DNA of 33,834 nt, from NCBI GenBank assembly GCA_043767605.1, contig JAYUGN010000152.1, positions 1 through 33,834 of the forward strand, written 5' to 3'. The position numbers were made by a program, and so were the translations under genes. How positions within the stretch are numbered: position 1 is the stretch's first letter; the number at the start of each line of letters is the position of its first letter. The notes below the pieces were generated by a model, which was not told where the DNA came from, made no database searches, and worked only from the letters and a program-made list of their open reading frames with translations. Below, piece after piece: positions 24,968 to 33,416 of the stretch. This stretch comes from Gammaproteobacteria bacterium. GTDB taxonomy: Bacteria; Pseudomonadota; Gammaproteobacteria; Nevskiales; Nevskiaceae.

Positions 24968-27900
24968 TATTGCTCGGTGCGGTTCCAGAACGTGCGGAAT
25001 CGCGTGGCGCCCGTGCCACTGCGGCATTGCAGATCGGAGGCGAGCACGCACTTGACCGAGCCGCCAACGCTCGCGGAATCGGCGACGTTGACGTACACCG
25101 GCGAGGCCGGGATGCCGGCGCTGGCCAGCGGCCGCGCGCGGTCGGCGGCGGAGTTGGCGCCGCCCGTGCTGCTCGCGCCGTCCGCGGTGTTGTAGTTGAA
25201 CGACGCCGTGCCATCGGCTTGCGACACGGTGTAGAACAGGCCGCTGCCTTCCGATGACGTGCAGCTCGTCGTGTTGTGCATGTCCGGTGGCAGGTAGCTC
25301 GTGAAGTACACGCGGTTGGCCGCGGTCAGCGCCGAGCTCAGGATTTTTTCGCCGGGGGTTGCCGTCAGCCGTACGCGCCAGCCCGCGCCGAGGTCCGGCG
25401 TGCAGCCACTGGTTTGCAGGCAGTCGCTGGTGACATCGGTGAGCTGGGTGGGCGTGAGCGGCGTGATGCCGGCCGCGCTGCCGACCGCGGTGCGCCGATC
25501 CTTGATCACGTAAAGACCATTTTCGGTGAACGTCTCCACGCCGGCGGCGCTGCGCGCGCGGCCGTAGTCGAGCGGGTCTTCGCGATCGCCGCTGCCGATC
25601 ACGATCGCGTCGTACGGGCCGGCCGCATCGCGCGCCAGCACCAGGTCCGGTTCGTGGAAGAAGCGGCGGTCGTCGCCCTTGGCGGACGCACCGGCAGCGT
25701 GGCGCCCGAGCTGCGCGACCAGCGTCAGGGTCCAGTCGCGCGGATCGCCCTTGAGATCCGCCCGCCACAGGTTGCCGCCCGTGTCGCCGACCAGGATGCG
25801 GTCGGCGTTGCCGTCGCCGTCGGTGTCCACCACGGTCAGCGCGGACGGGATGCTGTCCTTGAGTTCGACGTGGGTGTAGACGCGCGCGTCGCTGGCCGCG
25901 CCGGTGCTGGCGCCCTTCACGGCCTTCCAGATCAACGCGCCGGTCTCGGCGTCCACCACGTAGATCGCATTGCCCATGCTGTCGTCGGTGCCCATCGAGC
26001 CGGTCGAGGTCTGGCTGTTCTGGAACAGGCCGAGCAGAGTGCCGGTGTAGTCCTTGTTGGGATCGTAGCCGCCGCCGAAGAACACGGCGGGGCGCGTGGT
26101 GACGCCGCTCGCGCCGCTTCCGGTGCGCACGCGCGCGACGCGCGGCTGCGAGAAGGTGTAGCCCAGCTCCGGGAAGTCGATGGTGTCGTTGCCGATGCGC
26201 CACTGGAATTTCGGCACGGTGGGGTCGGTCACGTCCAGCGCGTACTGCACGCGGCCGCCGCGACGCATGCCGGCGTACAGCCAGGCGCGGTCGCCGTCGC
26301 CCGACTGGATCGTGCCGTCGCCATTCACGTCGCGCATATAGGCGGTGGGCACGCCGTCGAAGCCAACCACGCGCGCCGGTGTCGGCGCGTTCAGCGCGAG
26401 CTTCTGCTGGATCGCGAGCATCTCGAACGGCATGAACGCCCAGGCCTCGCCGCCGTTCTCGGCGCCGCCGGCGGTGGTGTTGCGGATGAAGTGCAGGAAG
26501 CCGTCATTGGTGTTGACCGCGATGTAGATGGCGGGATTGGTCTTGCTGTAGCCACCCAGCGCGCCGTAGTTGATCGGCAGCGGCCGGCTGTGCATCGGGT
26601 CGCCCATCAGCCACGGCCGCACCGCGCTGGGCGTCGCGAAGTCGTAGCCGCGAATGTAAGTCAGCAGCGCCAGCGCTTCGGGCGTGCTTCCGACACCGAG
26701 CGACCCCTGCACGGTTACTGCCGTCGTCAGGTCGGCGTTCAACGCTTGCAGTTCGGCGTGACCGCTGGCGTAAAGGTAGAGCTGCCGTGCGCCCGCGGCC
26801 GAGTTCGACATTCCCGGCGTGCCGGGAATCCTCGATCCCGCGCCGCCGAGTGTCACGGCGCGGCCATCGCGGCCGGCGATCACGCCGTTGGCCGGATCTG
26901 CCGCGATCGTGCTGCCGTCGGACCAGAAGGTGAGCGCGTCCTGGCGGATGCGCCCGTCCGAGGAAGTGGCCTCGCTGCCGTTCGCATCCACCATCCGCAC
27001 TTCGCGGCCGGGCGTGCAGCCGGTGTCGCCGGCGGCGCAAGTCGTGTCGAAGGCCTTGAGCTTCAGCTTCTTCACATTGCCCGGCCAGAACGGCTTCAGG
27101 CCGAGGTCCGGCTGGAACAGCGTGAGGTAGACGCTGTCCAGCGTCTCGGCGCGATTGAAGGCGTTGGTCGCCAGCGAGGGTGCGACGAAGGTCGTGCTGA
27201 CGCTGACCACCTGCCCGAGCAGGCTGCGCAGCGAATCCACCAGCGCAGCCGGATCCTCGCCCAGCGGCAGCGGCAGCGGCCGCGTCGTGCCGCCGCTGGA
27301 AGCGTACTCGGTGGTGGTGGCGTCGAAGGTCGCCGGGCTGCTGTTGCGCGGCGTCGGCGGCACGTAGAAATAGGACGTGACGTTCTGCGTGCCCTCGAGC
27401 AGCGGCACCGTGCCGAATGCGCTGGGCGAGCGCGCGAGGTCGGCGTCGTGCAGCCAGCCGACCACGGTTGCGAGCTTGTTGCTGGCGCCCGCCAGGCTGA
27501 TGCCGTCCATGCCGCCGCCGGCCAGCCCCGCGGTGATCGCGGCGTCGGAGTCGCCGTCGTTCGAGGTGACGTCCATCAGGAAATTGATGGTGTAGAGGCG
27601 GCTGCACCGCAGCGACACGGTCAGCGGCGAAAGGTACTTGCCGAGCGCTGGCACCTCTGCCGTCACGTCCCAGCTTGCCGCCGTGTTGTCGAGGTCGAGG
27701 TTGAGCGTGTTGTTGGTGCCGTAGTCGGTGTAACCGTTGTGGCCGTTGTAGAGCCCCTGACCGGTGAGGTAGCGGAAGTACTCGAAGAACAGCTCCTTGC
27801 CCTGCCACGGCGCCGAGCCGGCCGCGGGCAGGTTGTCGAGCTTGGCCAGGAACGGCGAGAGGTTCGCGCCCGGCGCGAGGCTCGAGGGCGTGGTCAACAG

Positions 27901-28374
27901 GTTCACCAGCTGGTCCACCGGCTTGATGCCGGCGGCGACGTACGCGCCGTTGCTGCAGCGCTGCAGGCCGAGCGGCAGCAACGGCCGAGGGCCGGCGCAG
28001 GCCGCGTCCTGCCCGTGGTTCAGCATCAGGCCGACCTGCACGCCGCTGGTCTGCAGCAGCGCCATGCGCATCGACAACCGGATCGCGTCGAAGTACGTGA
28101 ACGAGGCCAGTGCGGTCGGCAGCACGCAGCTGGGGCAGTTGTCGCGGAAATATTTCGCGGGCGCGCACATCGCCGCGCCGGCGCCGACCAGGGTGCAGCC
28201 GGCGTACACGGCCTGCTGCGCCTTGCGGGCATCGACGCTGAACATCACCAGCGGCTGCGACAGCGCCGGCGGCACGCGGTTGGCGTAGATGTCGGAGTCG
28301 GCCGCGCGCACCGTGCCCGCGGTGGCTCCCGCCAGCACGGCTCCGGCGAGCGCCACGGCACTGCGGGTGTTCAT
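24967..28374 (-). CDS. pilY1: type IV pilus tip-associated adhesin / assembly protein PilY1 (PilC family)
   Basis: Start MNTRSAVALAGAVLAGATAGTVRA at 28374, overlapping the pilX stop as ATGA. 1135 aa. C-terminal propeller with EF-hand-like loop DTDGDGNAD (25801-25827) followed by ILVGDTGGNLWRADL. Confidence 0.9.
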   Translation of the reverse strand: MNTRSAVALAGAVLAGATAGTVRAADSDIYANRVPPALSQPLVMFSVDARKAQQAVYAGCTLVGAGAAMCAPAKYFRDNCPSCVLPTALASFTYFDAIRLSMRMALLQTSGVQVGLMLNHGQDAACAGPRPLLPLGLQRCSNGAYVAAGIKPVDQLVNLLTTPSSLAPGANLSPFLAKLDNLPAAGSAPWQGKELFFEYFRYLTGQGLYNGHNGYTDYGTNNTLNLDLDNTAASWDVTAEVPALGKYLSPLTVSLRCSRLYTINFLMDVTSNDGDSDAAITAGLAGGGMDGISLAGASNKLATVVGWLHDADLARSPSAFGTVPLLEGTQNVTSYFYVPPTPRNSSPATFDATTTEYASSGGTTRPLPLPLGEDPAALVDSLRSLLGQVVSVSTTFVAPSLATNAFNRAETLDSVYLTLFQPDLGLKPFWPGNVKKLKLKAFDTTCAAGDTGCTPGREVRMVDANGSEATSSDGRIRQDALTFWSDGSTIAADPANGVIAGRDGRAVTLGGAGSRIPGTPGMSNSAAGARQLYLYASGHAELQALNADLTTAVTVQGSLGVGSTPEALALLTYIRGYDFATPSAVRPWLMGDPMHSRPLPINYGALGGYSKTNPAIYIAVNTNDGFLHFIRNTTAGGAENGGEAWAFMPFEMLAIQQKLALNAPTPARVVGFDGVPTAYMRDVNGDGTIQSGDGDRAWLYAGMRRGGRVQYALDVTDPTVPKFQWRIGNDTIDFPELGYTFSQPRVARVRTGSGASGVTTRPAVFFGGGYDPNKDYTGTLLGLFQNSQTSTGSMGTDDSMGNAIYVVDAETGALIWKAVKGASTGAASDARVYTHVELKDSIPSALTVVDTDGDGNADRILVGDTGGNLWRADLKGDPRDWTLTLVAQLGRHAAGASAKGDDRRFFHEPDLVLARDAAGPYDAIVIGSGDREDPLDYGRARSAAGVETFTENGLYVIKDRRTAVGSAAGITPLTPTQLTDVTSDCLQTSGCTPDLGAGWRVRLTATPGEKILSSALTAANRVYFTSYLPPDMHNTTSCTSSEGSGLFYTVSQADGTASFNYNTADGASSTGGANSAADRARPLASAGIPASPVYVNVADSASVGGSVKCVLASDLQCRSGTGATRFRTFWNRTEQ

Positions 28375-28862
28375 TCGTTGGCCGGAACGATGACCGCGAC
28401 ACCTTCCTGCAATTGGTCGCGGCCCCAGCCGTAGCTGGTGGCGTCGTAGCGCGATTCGACCTGCATTTGCGCCGCGGAGAACTTCACCGCGCTGTAGCCG
28501 GTGCCGCGCGGCGGCGGAGCGAACTCCGGCGCCAGGCGGCGCACCTTCACCGAGATGCCGGCGCTGCCCATGCCGACGGGCGTGGAGACGGTGTTGCCAA
28601 AGCAGTCGGCGTCCGTCACTCCGGGCAGGCAGTTGGCGCGATCCACCGGGCCGGTCACGGCCGTGTTGGCGGGCACGGCCAGGGTCATGTCGATCAGCGA
28701 TTGCGCGTTCTGGAAGGCGTCGATCCGGAGTTCCTCGCCGACGGCGTTGCGCATCGCGCCGACGGAGAGGCGGAAGCCCGACAGCGCCAGCGCCGTCAGC
28801 AGCACGAGCATGATCAGCGAGACGAACAGCGCCACGCCGCCCTCGTGCCGGCGCCGGTTCAC
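28371..28862 (-). CDS. pilX: type IV pilus minor pilin PilX
   Basis: GTG start overlapping the pilW stop (GTGA). N-terminal hydrophobic helix GGVALFVSLIMLVLLTALALSGF of PilX_N type. Sits between pilW and pilY1. Confidence 0.75.
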   Translation of the reverse strand: MNRRRHEGGVALFVSLIMLVLLTALALSGFRLSVGAMRNAVGEELRIDAFQNAQSLIDMTLAVPANTAVTGPVDRANCLPGVTDADCFGNTVSTPVGMGSAGISVKVRRLAPEFAPPPRGTGYSAVKFSAAQMQVESRYDATSYGWGRDQLQEGVAVIVPANE

Positions 28863-29851
28863 TGGTACCCCAGTCCCTGCAGCGAGCGCGTATTGCGCAG
28901 CACCACTTCGCTGGCCAGGGTCTTGCGGTAGTAGTGGCTGTTATCGCCGGACGGCTGCAAGGCCGGCGAATTGCCGACCCAGTAGGTCTTGTCGTTGCGG
29001 TAGCCGGGGTCCGGCGTCGCTGAGCGCACGAGCAGGTAGACCCGCACCGCCACCGCGCGCGCAAGGTCGGCGGCGGCCGGCGCCTGCGAGAAGAAGTTCG
29101 CGACGCCGTCACCGTCGCTGTCCACGCCCACTTCGAGCTGCAGGTTCTCCACGCCCTGCGCGAGGCATTCCTTCGCGAAGAACGGCGGACTGCCGGCGCG
29201 CAGCACCATCCGGCACAACGACGGCACCCGCGGTGACTCCGTGGGCGAGACGGTGTACGGCTGCACGAAATAGAGGCGCGGGCGGTATTCGTAGTCCTGG
29301 TAAGGCTGTTCCATCGCCGGTGCGGTGCCGCCACCGAGGTAGAGCGCGCCCAGGCCCTGGTGGGTGCGCAGGTAAGTGCGGCCGATCACCAGGCCTGAGG
29401 CATCGGTGTCGCTGGCGTCTGCGCGGCCGCGCACCCGCTTGATCGCCACGATGTCGGCACCGGCCTGCACGTCTGCCGCGGGCAGGCAGGGATGGAGCAG
29501 GTTCGCGCTGGCCGCGGCCGGGTTGTCGTCCAGCGCCAGCGAGCTGAGGTCCTGCACCGCCCAGCCGGTCGGGCCACAGTCGTTGCCCACGGTCAGGGAG
29601 CCCGGCCGCTCGATCAGCGCGCCGTCGCGCACCCGCGACCAGAAGCCGGCCATCTCCAGGTCCTGCGTGAGCTGCGTCATCGCGAACGCGAGCTCGTCGT
29701 GCATGCGCGACAGTTTCTCGTCCTGCCGGTAGTTGCTGGACCCGCCGAGGAATACGTTGCCGACCGCCGCCACGCTCACGATGCCGAGCGAACTGGCGAT
29801 CATCAGTTCGATCAGCGAAAACCCCCGCTGCCGGACGCGCGCGCGGCTCAT
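28859..29851 (-). CDS. pilW: type IV pilus minor pilin PilW
   Basis: Prepilin cleavage/methylation motif QRGFSLIELMIASSLG. 330 aa. ATGA overlap with pilV. Confidence 0.85.
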   Translation of the reverse strand: MSRARVRQRGFSLIELMIASSLGIVSVAAVGNVFLGGSSNYRQDEKLSRMHDELAFAMTQLTQDLEMAGFWSRVRDGALIERPGSLTVGNDCGPTGWAVQDLSSLALDDNPAAASANLLHPCLPAADVQAGADIVAIKRVRGRADASDTDASGLVIGRTYLRTHQGLGALYLGGGTAPAMEQPYQDYEYRPRLYFVQPYTVSPTESPRVPSLCRMVLRAGSPPFFAKECLAQGVENLQLEVGVDSDGDGVANFFSQAPAAADLARAVAVRVYLLVRSATPDPGYRNDKTYWVGNSPALQPSGDNSHYYRKTLASEVVLRNTRSLQGLGYQ

Positions 29852-30561
29852 CGTGCGGCCACCGGCACGATCCAGGCCTGCACCGTCACCGTGCGGCGGT
29901 ACTGGTCCTGGGTGCCGTACAGGCGGGTTCCGTCGCTATAGACGGCGCTGCGGCCGCAGGCGTCGGCGGCGTTGTCCGGCAGCGCCTGGTCGCCGCGGAA
30001 CGCGATGCTCAGCGTATACATCCCGGCCGCTCCGGCGCCGGTCGCCGGCGCCGCCAGGCAGGCGGTGGCCAGCGTCAGGCCGCCGACCTTCTTGCCGGTG
30101 GGGCCCGTGCCGGTGCCGCCGAGCCGCTCGGTGGCGCCATCCAGCAACTGCTCCCATTGCCACAGGTCGAAGGCGGCCATTTGTTCGGCGGTGCAGGACG
30201 ACGTCGCGTCGCTGCAATTGGGCGAAGGAGCGGTCTCGCCCAGGCGGCCGCCCCCGAGCGCAGTCCCGGCGCCGGCGACATAGGCCCGCAGGGCCGCCGG
30301 TACGCTGTTGGCCCGCACCCGTTCGAGCAGGCTGTAGGCCAGCTGCGAGGCTTGCAGGCGCTGGCTGGCGTCGCGCAGGTTGCGCTTGGATACGACTTCA
30401 AGGGAAGTCAGCGACAACACGCCAACCGAGGTCACCATCAGCGAGGCCAGGACCTCGATCAGCGACACGCCGCGCTGCGCGCGCGACCGCTCGCGCGACG
30501 CTGTCGCCGCCGGGCTCTCATCGCCGGGCGGGAATGCCGGCGGCGGATTTGATTTGTGCAT
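29848..30561 (-). CDS. pilV: type IV pilus minor pilin PilV (unusually long leader)
   Basis: Prepilin motif QRGVSLIEVLASLMV, preceded by a 31-aa Pro-rich leader (MHKSNPPPAFPPGDESPAATASRERSRAQRG). No in-frame alternative start closer to the cleavage site. Confidence 0.8.
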   Translation of the reverse strand: MHKSNPPPAFPPGDESPAATASRERSRAQRGVSLIEVLASLMVTSVGVLSLTSLEVVSKRNLRDASQRLQASQLAYSLLERVRANSVPAALRAYVAGAGTALGGGRLGETAPSPNCSDATSSCTAEQMAAFDLWQWEQLLDGATERLGGTGTGPTGKKVGGLTLATACLAAPATGAGAAGMYTLSIAFRGDQALPDNAADACGRSAVYSDGTRLYGTQDQYRRTVTVQAWIVPVAAR

Positions 30562-30620
30562 GACAGTCCCCTGACGCGAGGACTATCTTGTAGCGGGGGC
30601 CGGGTTGCCCCCATAGGACC

Positions 30621-30650
30621 TTGGTCGTAAAAATACTTAAGTCGTATAAA
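30621..30650 (+). promoter_or_regulatory. sigma70-type promoter candidate for the 30685 gene, inside an AT-rich divergent control region
   Basis: TTGGTC (30621-30626), 18-nt spacer, TATAAA (30645-30650), 34 nt upstream of the ATG. Overlaps direct repeats GTCGTA at 30624 and 30641. Confidence 0.3.
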
Positions 30651-30684
30651 GTTCTAGCCGCCGCTCAAGCGTGACTGGACAAGA

Positions 30685-32376
30685 ATGACCTCAGTGAATG
30701 CCCGGTTGATGGCCGCAGCGCTGCTCAGCCTGGCCTGCGCCGGCGCTGCAGCGCAGGCACCGCCATTCTGGGCACGGCCGCGCGCCCCGGCGCCGGCGGA
30801 CTGCGTGACAACGGCCACCCCCAAGGCTTCCGGGGGCAGCACCCTGCAGTCCGGGCTGCTCGGCGCCGCCGCGCTGGCGCTGTTCGGGTGGATGGTCCGC
30901 GTCCAGCTGAAGAAGTCCGCGGCCGCCCGGGCCGCGATTCCCAGGGCTGAGTCCAGCGCGTCCCCGGCTACGCCCGCACCGCGCCACGACGACCTGGCGA
31001 TGAATCCGCTGTCGGCCATCGGCGGTGCGGGCATCGAGATGCACGACCCGGAAAAGCTCGGCGCCAACGAAGCCGTGCGGTTCTACGCCGAGGTGGCCGC
31101 TTCGCTGGTAACCGCGCTCCAGCGCGAGCCGGAGCGCGAGGACCTGCAGCTGAAGCTGCTCGAGATCTACCACGCCGCCGGCCGCGTGCACGAATTTGTC
31201 CAGCTCGCGCGGGTGTTCTTCGACCAGCATTTCGGGACGCGCGGCCGTCACTGGCCGGCGGTCTGGGAGATGGGCGCGCGCCTGGCGCCCGACCACCCGC
31301 TGTTCCGCGAAGCCCGGCCGGCAGCGGAAGGCGCGCGCGGCGGCAGGCGCGGCGCCTCGCCGTTCCGCCGCTTCAACGAAGTCAACCTGGACCAGGGCCG
31401 GATCTACGGCGCGCAGAAGGACATGATCGCGCAGGTCGAGCGCGTGCGCGGCGATCCGGCGTTCCACACCCTGGTGCGCGCGGTGCTGGTCAAGAGCGCG
31501 CGACGGCCGTCGCCGGTCACGGCGCTGCCGGTGCTGGCCGGCGCTGGCCGGGGTGGGCAGCTGTACCTGAAGCGCGAGGACCAGCGCCGCGGGCACGACG
31601 ACGTGCGCATCAACGCGCTGTGCCAGACGCTGCTCGCGCGCCAGCTCGGCCGCACCATCGTCGTCACCGCCACGCGCAGCGGACTGCACGGCCAGGCGGT
31701 GGCGTCCGCCGCGCAGCGTTTCGGCCTGGAATGCACGATCTACATTTCGGAGTCGGCGATGATCCACCACTACACCGACGTGCTGCGGATGCGCGAGCTC
31801 GGCGCCTTCGTGCGGCCGGTCAAGGTCGGCGACTCGCGTTATGCCGATCCGCGCCAGTTCGCGCTCGACGATGCCTGGCTCAACGACCCCGAGCACGTGA
31901 TGTACATCAGCGACCTGGACGGCGGCCCCGATCCGTATCCGGCGATCGTGCGCGAGTTCCAGATGACGGTGGGCCGCGAGGCGGCAGAGCAGCTGGCGCA
32001 GCTCGGCGCGCCGCCGGCGGCGGTGGTGGCGGGCGCCGCGGATGGCTACCAGGGCCTGGGGCTGCTGCACGCATTTGAAAGCGATCCGGCGGTCAGCCTG
32101 CACTATGTCGGCCCGAAGACCGTGCCGGGCTTCGAGCGGGAGCGCCACCGGCTCAAGGAAATGAAGCGGATGCAGTGGGTCCCCGGAGACCACGCCGAGG
32201 GGCTGCTCGTGCTCGAGCAACTGTATCCCGAACAGATCCAGATGTCCCTCGACACCGCCTGCACGCTCGCCGTCGCGCGCAAGCTCGCCGCCGGCCTTTC
32301 GCCCTCGCAATCCGTGCTGGCCCTGGTGCCGAGCCGCGAGGACACCGGGTCGCGCGAATTCGCGCGCAAGATGTGA
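30685..32376 (+). CDS. membrane-anchored FimV-like helical-repeat / TrpB-like (PLP fold, catalytic residues lost) fusion protein
   Basis: 563 aa. Signal-like N-terminus plus one TM helix (LLGAAALALFGWMV-RVQLKK). Helical repeat LQLKLLEIYHAAGRVHEFVQLARVFF...WPAVWEMGARLAPDHPLF. C-terminal region collinear with TrpB (LYLKREDQRRGHDDVRINAL, GPDPYPAIVREFQMTVGRE), but the Lys is Arg and GGGSNA is AADGYQ. Its stop overlaps the fimT GTG. Confidence 0.8.
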   Translation: MTSVNARLMAAALLSLACAGAAAQAPPFWARPRAPAPADCVTTATPKASGGSTLQSGLLGAAALALFGWMVRVQLKKSAAARAAIPRAESSASPATPAPRHDDLAMNPLSAIGGAGIEMHDPEKLGANEAVRFYAEVAASLVTALQREPEREDLQLKLLEIYHAAGRVHEFVQLARVFFDQHFGTRGRHWPAVWEMGARLAPDHPLFREARPAAEGARGGRRGASPFRRFNEVNLDQGRIYGAQKDMIAQVERVRGDPAFHTLVRAVLVKSARRPSPVTALPVLAGAGRGGQLYLKREDQRRGHDDVRINALCQTLLARQLGRTIVVTATRSGLHGQAVASAAQRFGLECTIYISESAMIHHYTDVLRMRELGAFVRPVKVGDSRYADPRQFALDDAWLNDPEHVMYISDLDGGPDPYPAIVREFQMTVGREAAEQLAQLGAPPAAVVAGAADGYQGLGLLHAFESDPAVSLHYVGPKTVPGFERERHRLKEMKRMQWVPGDHAEGLLVLEQLYPEQIQMSLDTACTLAVARKLAAGLSPSQSVLALVPSREDTGSREFARKM

Positions 32377-32924
32377 TCCACCGTGGCCGGGGCTTCACCA
32401 CGAGCGAGCTCATGATAGTGCTCGCGATTTCGGCCATCCTGCTGTCGCTCGCGCTGCCGGGCTTCCGCACGCTGGCGCTCAACACCCGGCGCACGGTCAC
32501 CGTCGATACGCTGGTGCTGAGTTTTTCGCTGGCGCGCGCCGAAGCGCAGAAGCGCGGCAGCGCCGTGACGGTCTGCGGGCTCAACAGCAGCGGCGCCGGC
32601 TGCGCGAACGGCGCCGACTGGCGCTACGGCTGGATGGTGTTCGTCGATACCAACGCCAACGGCGCCTGGGACGCCGGCGAGCCCGCGCCGCTGCAGAAAT
32701 ACATGACCGACGATCCGGCCCGGCGCCGCGTGACGGCCAACACTTATGGAATGACGGCCGGCTTCGTGCTGCTGCAGCCGTTCAACCAGGGCGCCACGGC
32801 GGCCACCGTCACCGTCTGCGACAGCCGCGGCGCCAGCGCGGCGCGCGCGGTCACGGTCAGCGGCACCGGCCGCGCCGCGGGGTCCGACAAGGACCTGAAC
32901 TACGCTGCGCTGACCTGCCCATGA
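32373..32924 (+). CDS. fimT: type IV pilus minor pilin FimT/GspH-like
   Basis: GTG at 32373 gives a 7-aa leader, then G|FTTSELMIVLAISAILLSLALPGF with Glu at +5. GspH/FimT-like core GWMVFVDTNANGAWDAGE. Confidence 0.8.
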   Translation: MIHRGRGFTTSELMIVLAISAILLSLALPGFRTLALNTRRTVTVDTLVLSFSLARAEAQKRGSAVTVCGLNSSGAGCANGADWRYGWMVFVDTNANGAWDAGEPAPLQKYMTDDPARRRVTANTYGMTAGFVLLQPFNQGATAATVTVCDSRGASAARAVTVSGTGRAAGSDKDLNYAALTCP

Positions 32925-33403
32925 CGAACGAGCCGCGCGAGCGCCGGCGATCCGGGTTCACGCTCACCGAGCTGCTGGTGGTGCTGACGGTGGTCGGCAT
33001 CCTGGCCGCCGTGGCGCTGCCCTCGTACCGCGACGCCACGCTGCGCGGGCGCCGCACGGTGGCCAAGACCTTCCTGACCGAGGCCGCCGGGCGCGAAGAG
33101 GGATGGTTCAGCGACCGCAAGGGCTACACCGCATCGCTCGGTGACGACGGCCTGCGCTACGCGCCGGGCAATGCGGTCACGAGTTTCTACGTGGATGTGA
33201 ACGGCAAGGCCGGGGTTTCCGCCAGCGCGGCGCTGTATTCGATTTCGCTGGCCACGATCAGCACCGGCGGCATCGTGACGTCGTGGACGCTCACCGCCGC
33301 GCCGCAGAACGCCCAGGCCCGGGACGCCTGCGGCAGCCTGATCCTCGCCCAGGACGGCACCCGGAGCGCCAGCAGCGGACGCAGCGACTGCTGGTCGCGC
33401 TAA
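32921..33403 (+). CDS. pilE: type IV pilin PilE-like
   Basis: RSGFTLTELLVVLTVVGILAAVALPSYRD (class III signal, Glu +5). C-terminal Cys pair (DACGS...SDCWSR). ATGA overlap with fimT. Confidence 0.85.
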   Translation: MTNEPRERRRSGFTLTELLVVLTVVGILAAVALPSYRDATLRGRRTVAKTFLTEAAGREEGWFSDRKGYTASLGDDGLRYAPGNAVTSFYVDVNGKAGVSASAALYSISLATISTGGIVTSWTLTAAPQNAQARDACGSLILAQDGTRSASSGRSDCWSR

Positions 33404-33416
33404 GATCGCCGCGCGT

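Noticed and set aside
25276-28434. 1052-aa plus-strand ORF antisense to pilY1, and the 632-aa alternative minus frame at 26504-28402.
   Set aside because: Biased Arg/Ala/Gly/His composition with no motifs. The pilY1 frame has a signal peptide, normal composition and the PilY1 Ca-loop and propeller signatures.
28375-29334. 5' extension of the pilY1 ORF (the track gives 24967-29334, 1455 aa).
   Set aside because: The extension is an out-of-frame read through pilX and pilW (Arg/Pro/Ala-rich). A proper start with a Sec signal (MNTRSAV...) lies at 28374, overlapping the pilX stop.
30691-32310. 539-aa minus-strand ORF antisense to the TrpB-like gene.
   Set aside because: Arg/Ala/His-rich with no motifs. 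The plus frame aligns collinearly with TrpB and is coupled to fimT.
30685-32376. Annotating the ORF simply as tryptophan synthase beta chain (trpB).
   Set aside because: The PLP-binding Lys, the catalytic Glu and the GGGSNA phosphate loop are all substituted. There is no trpA or other trp gene nearby. An N-terminal membrane anchor plus helical-repeat domain is fused to it. This does not look like a functional TrpB.
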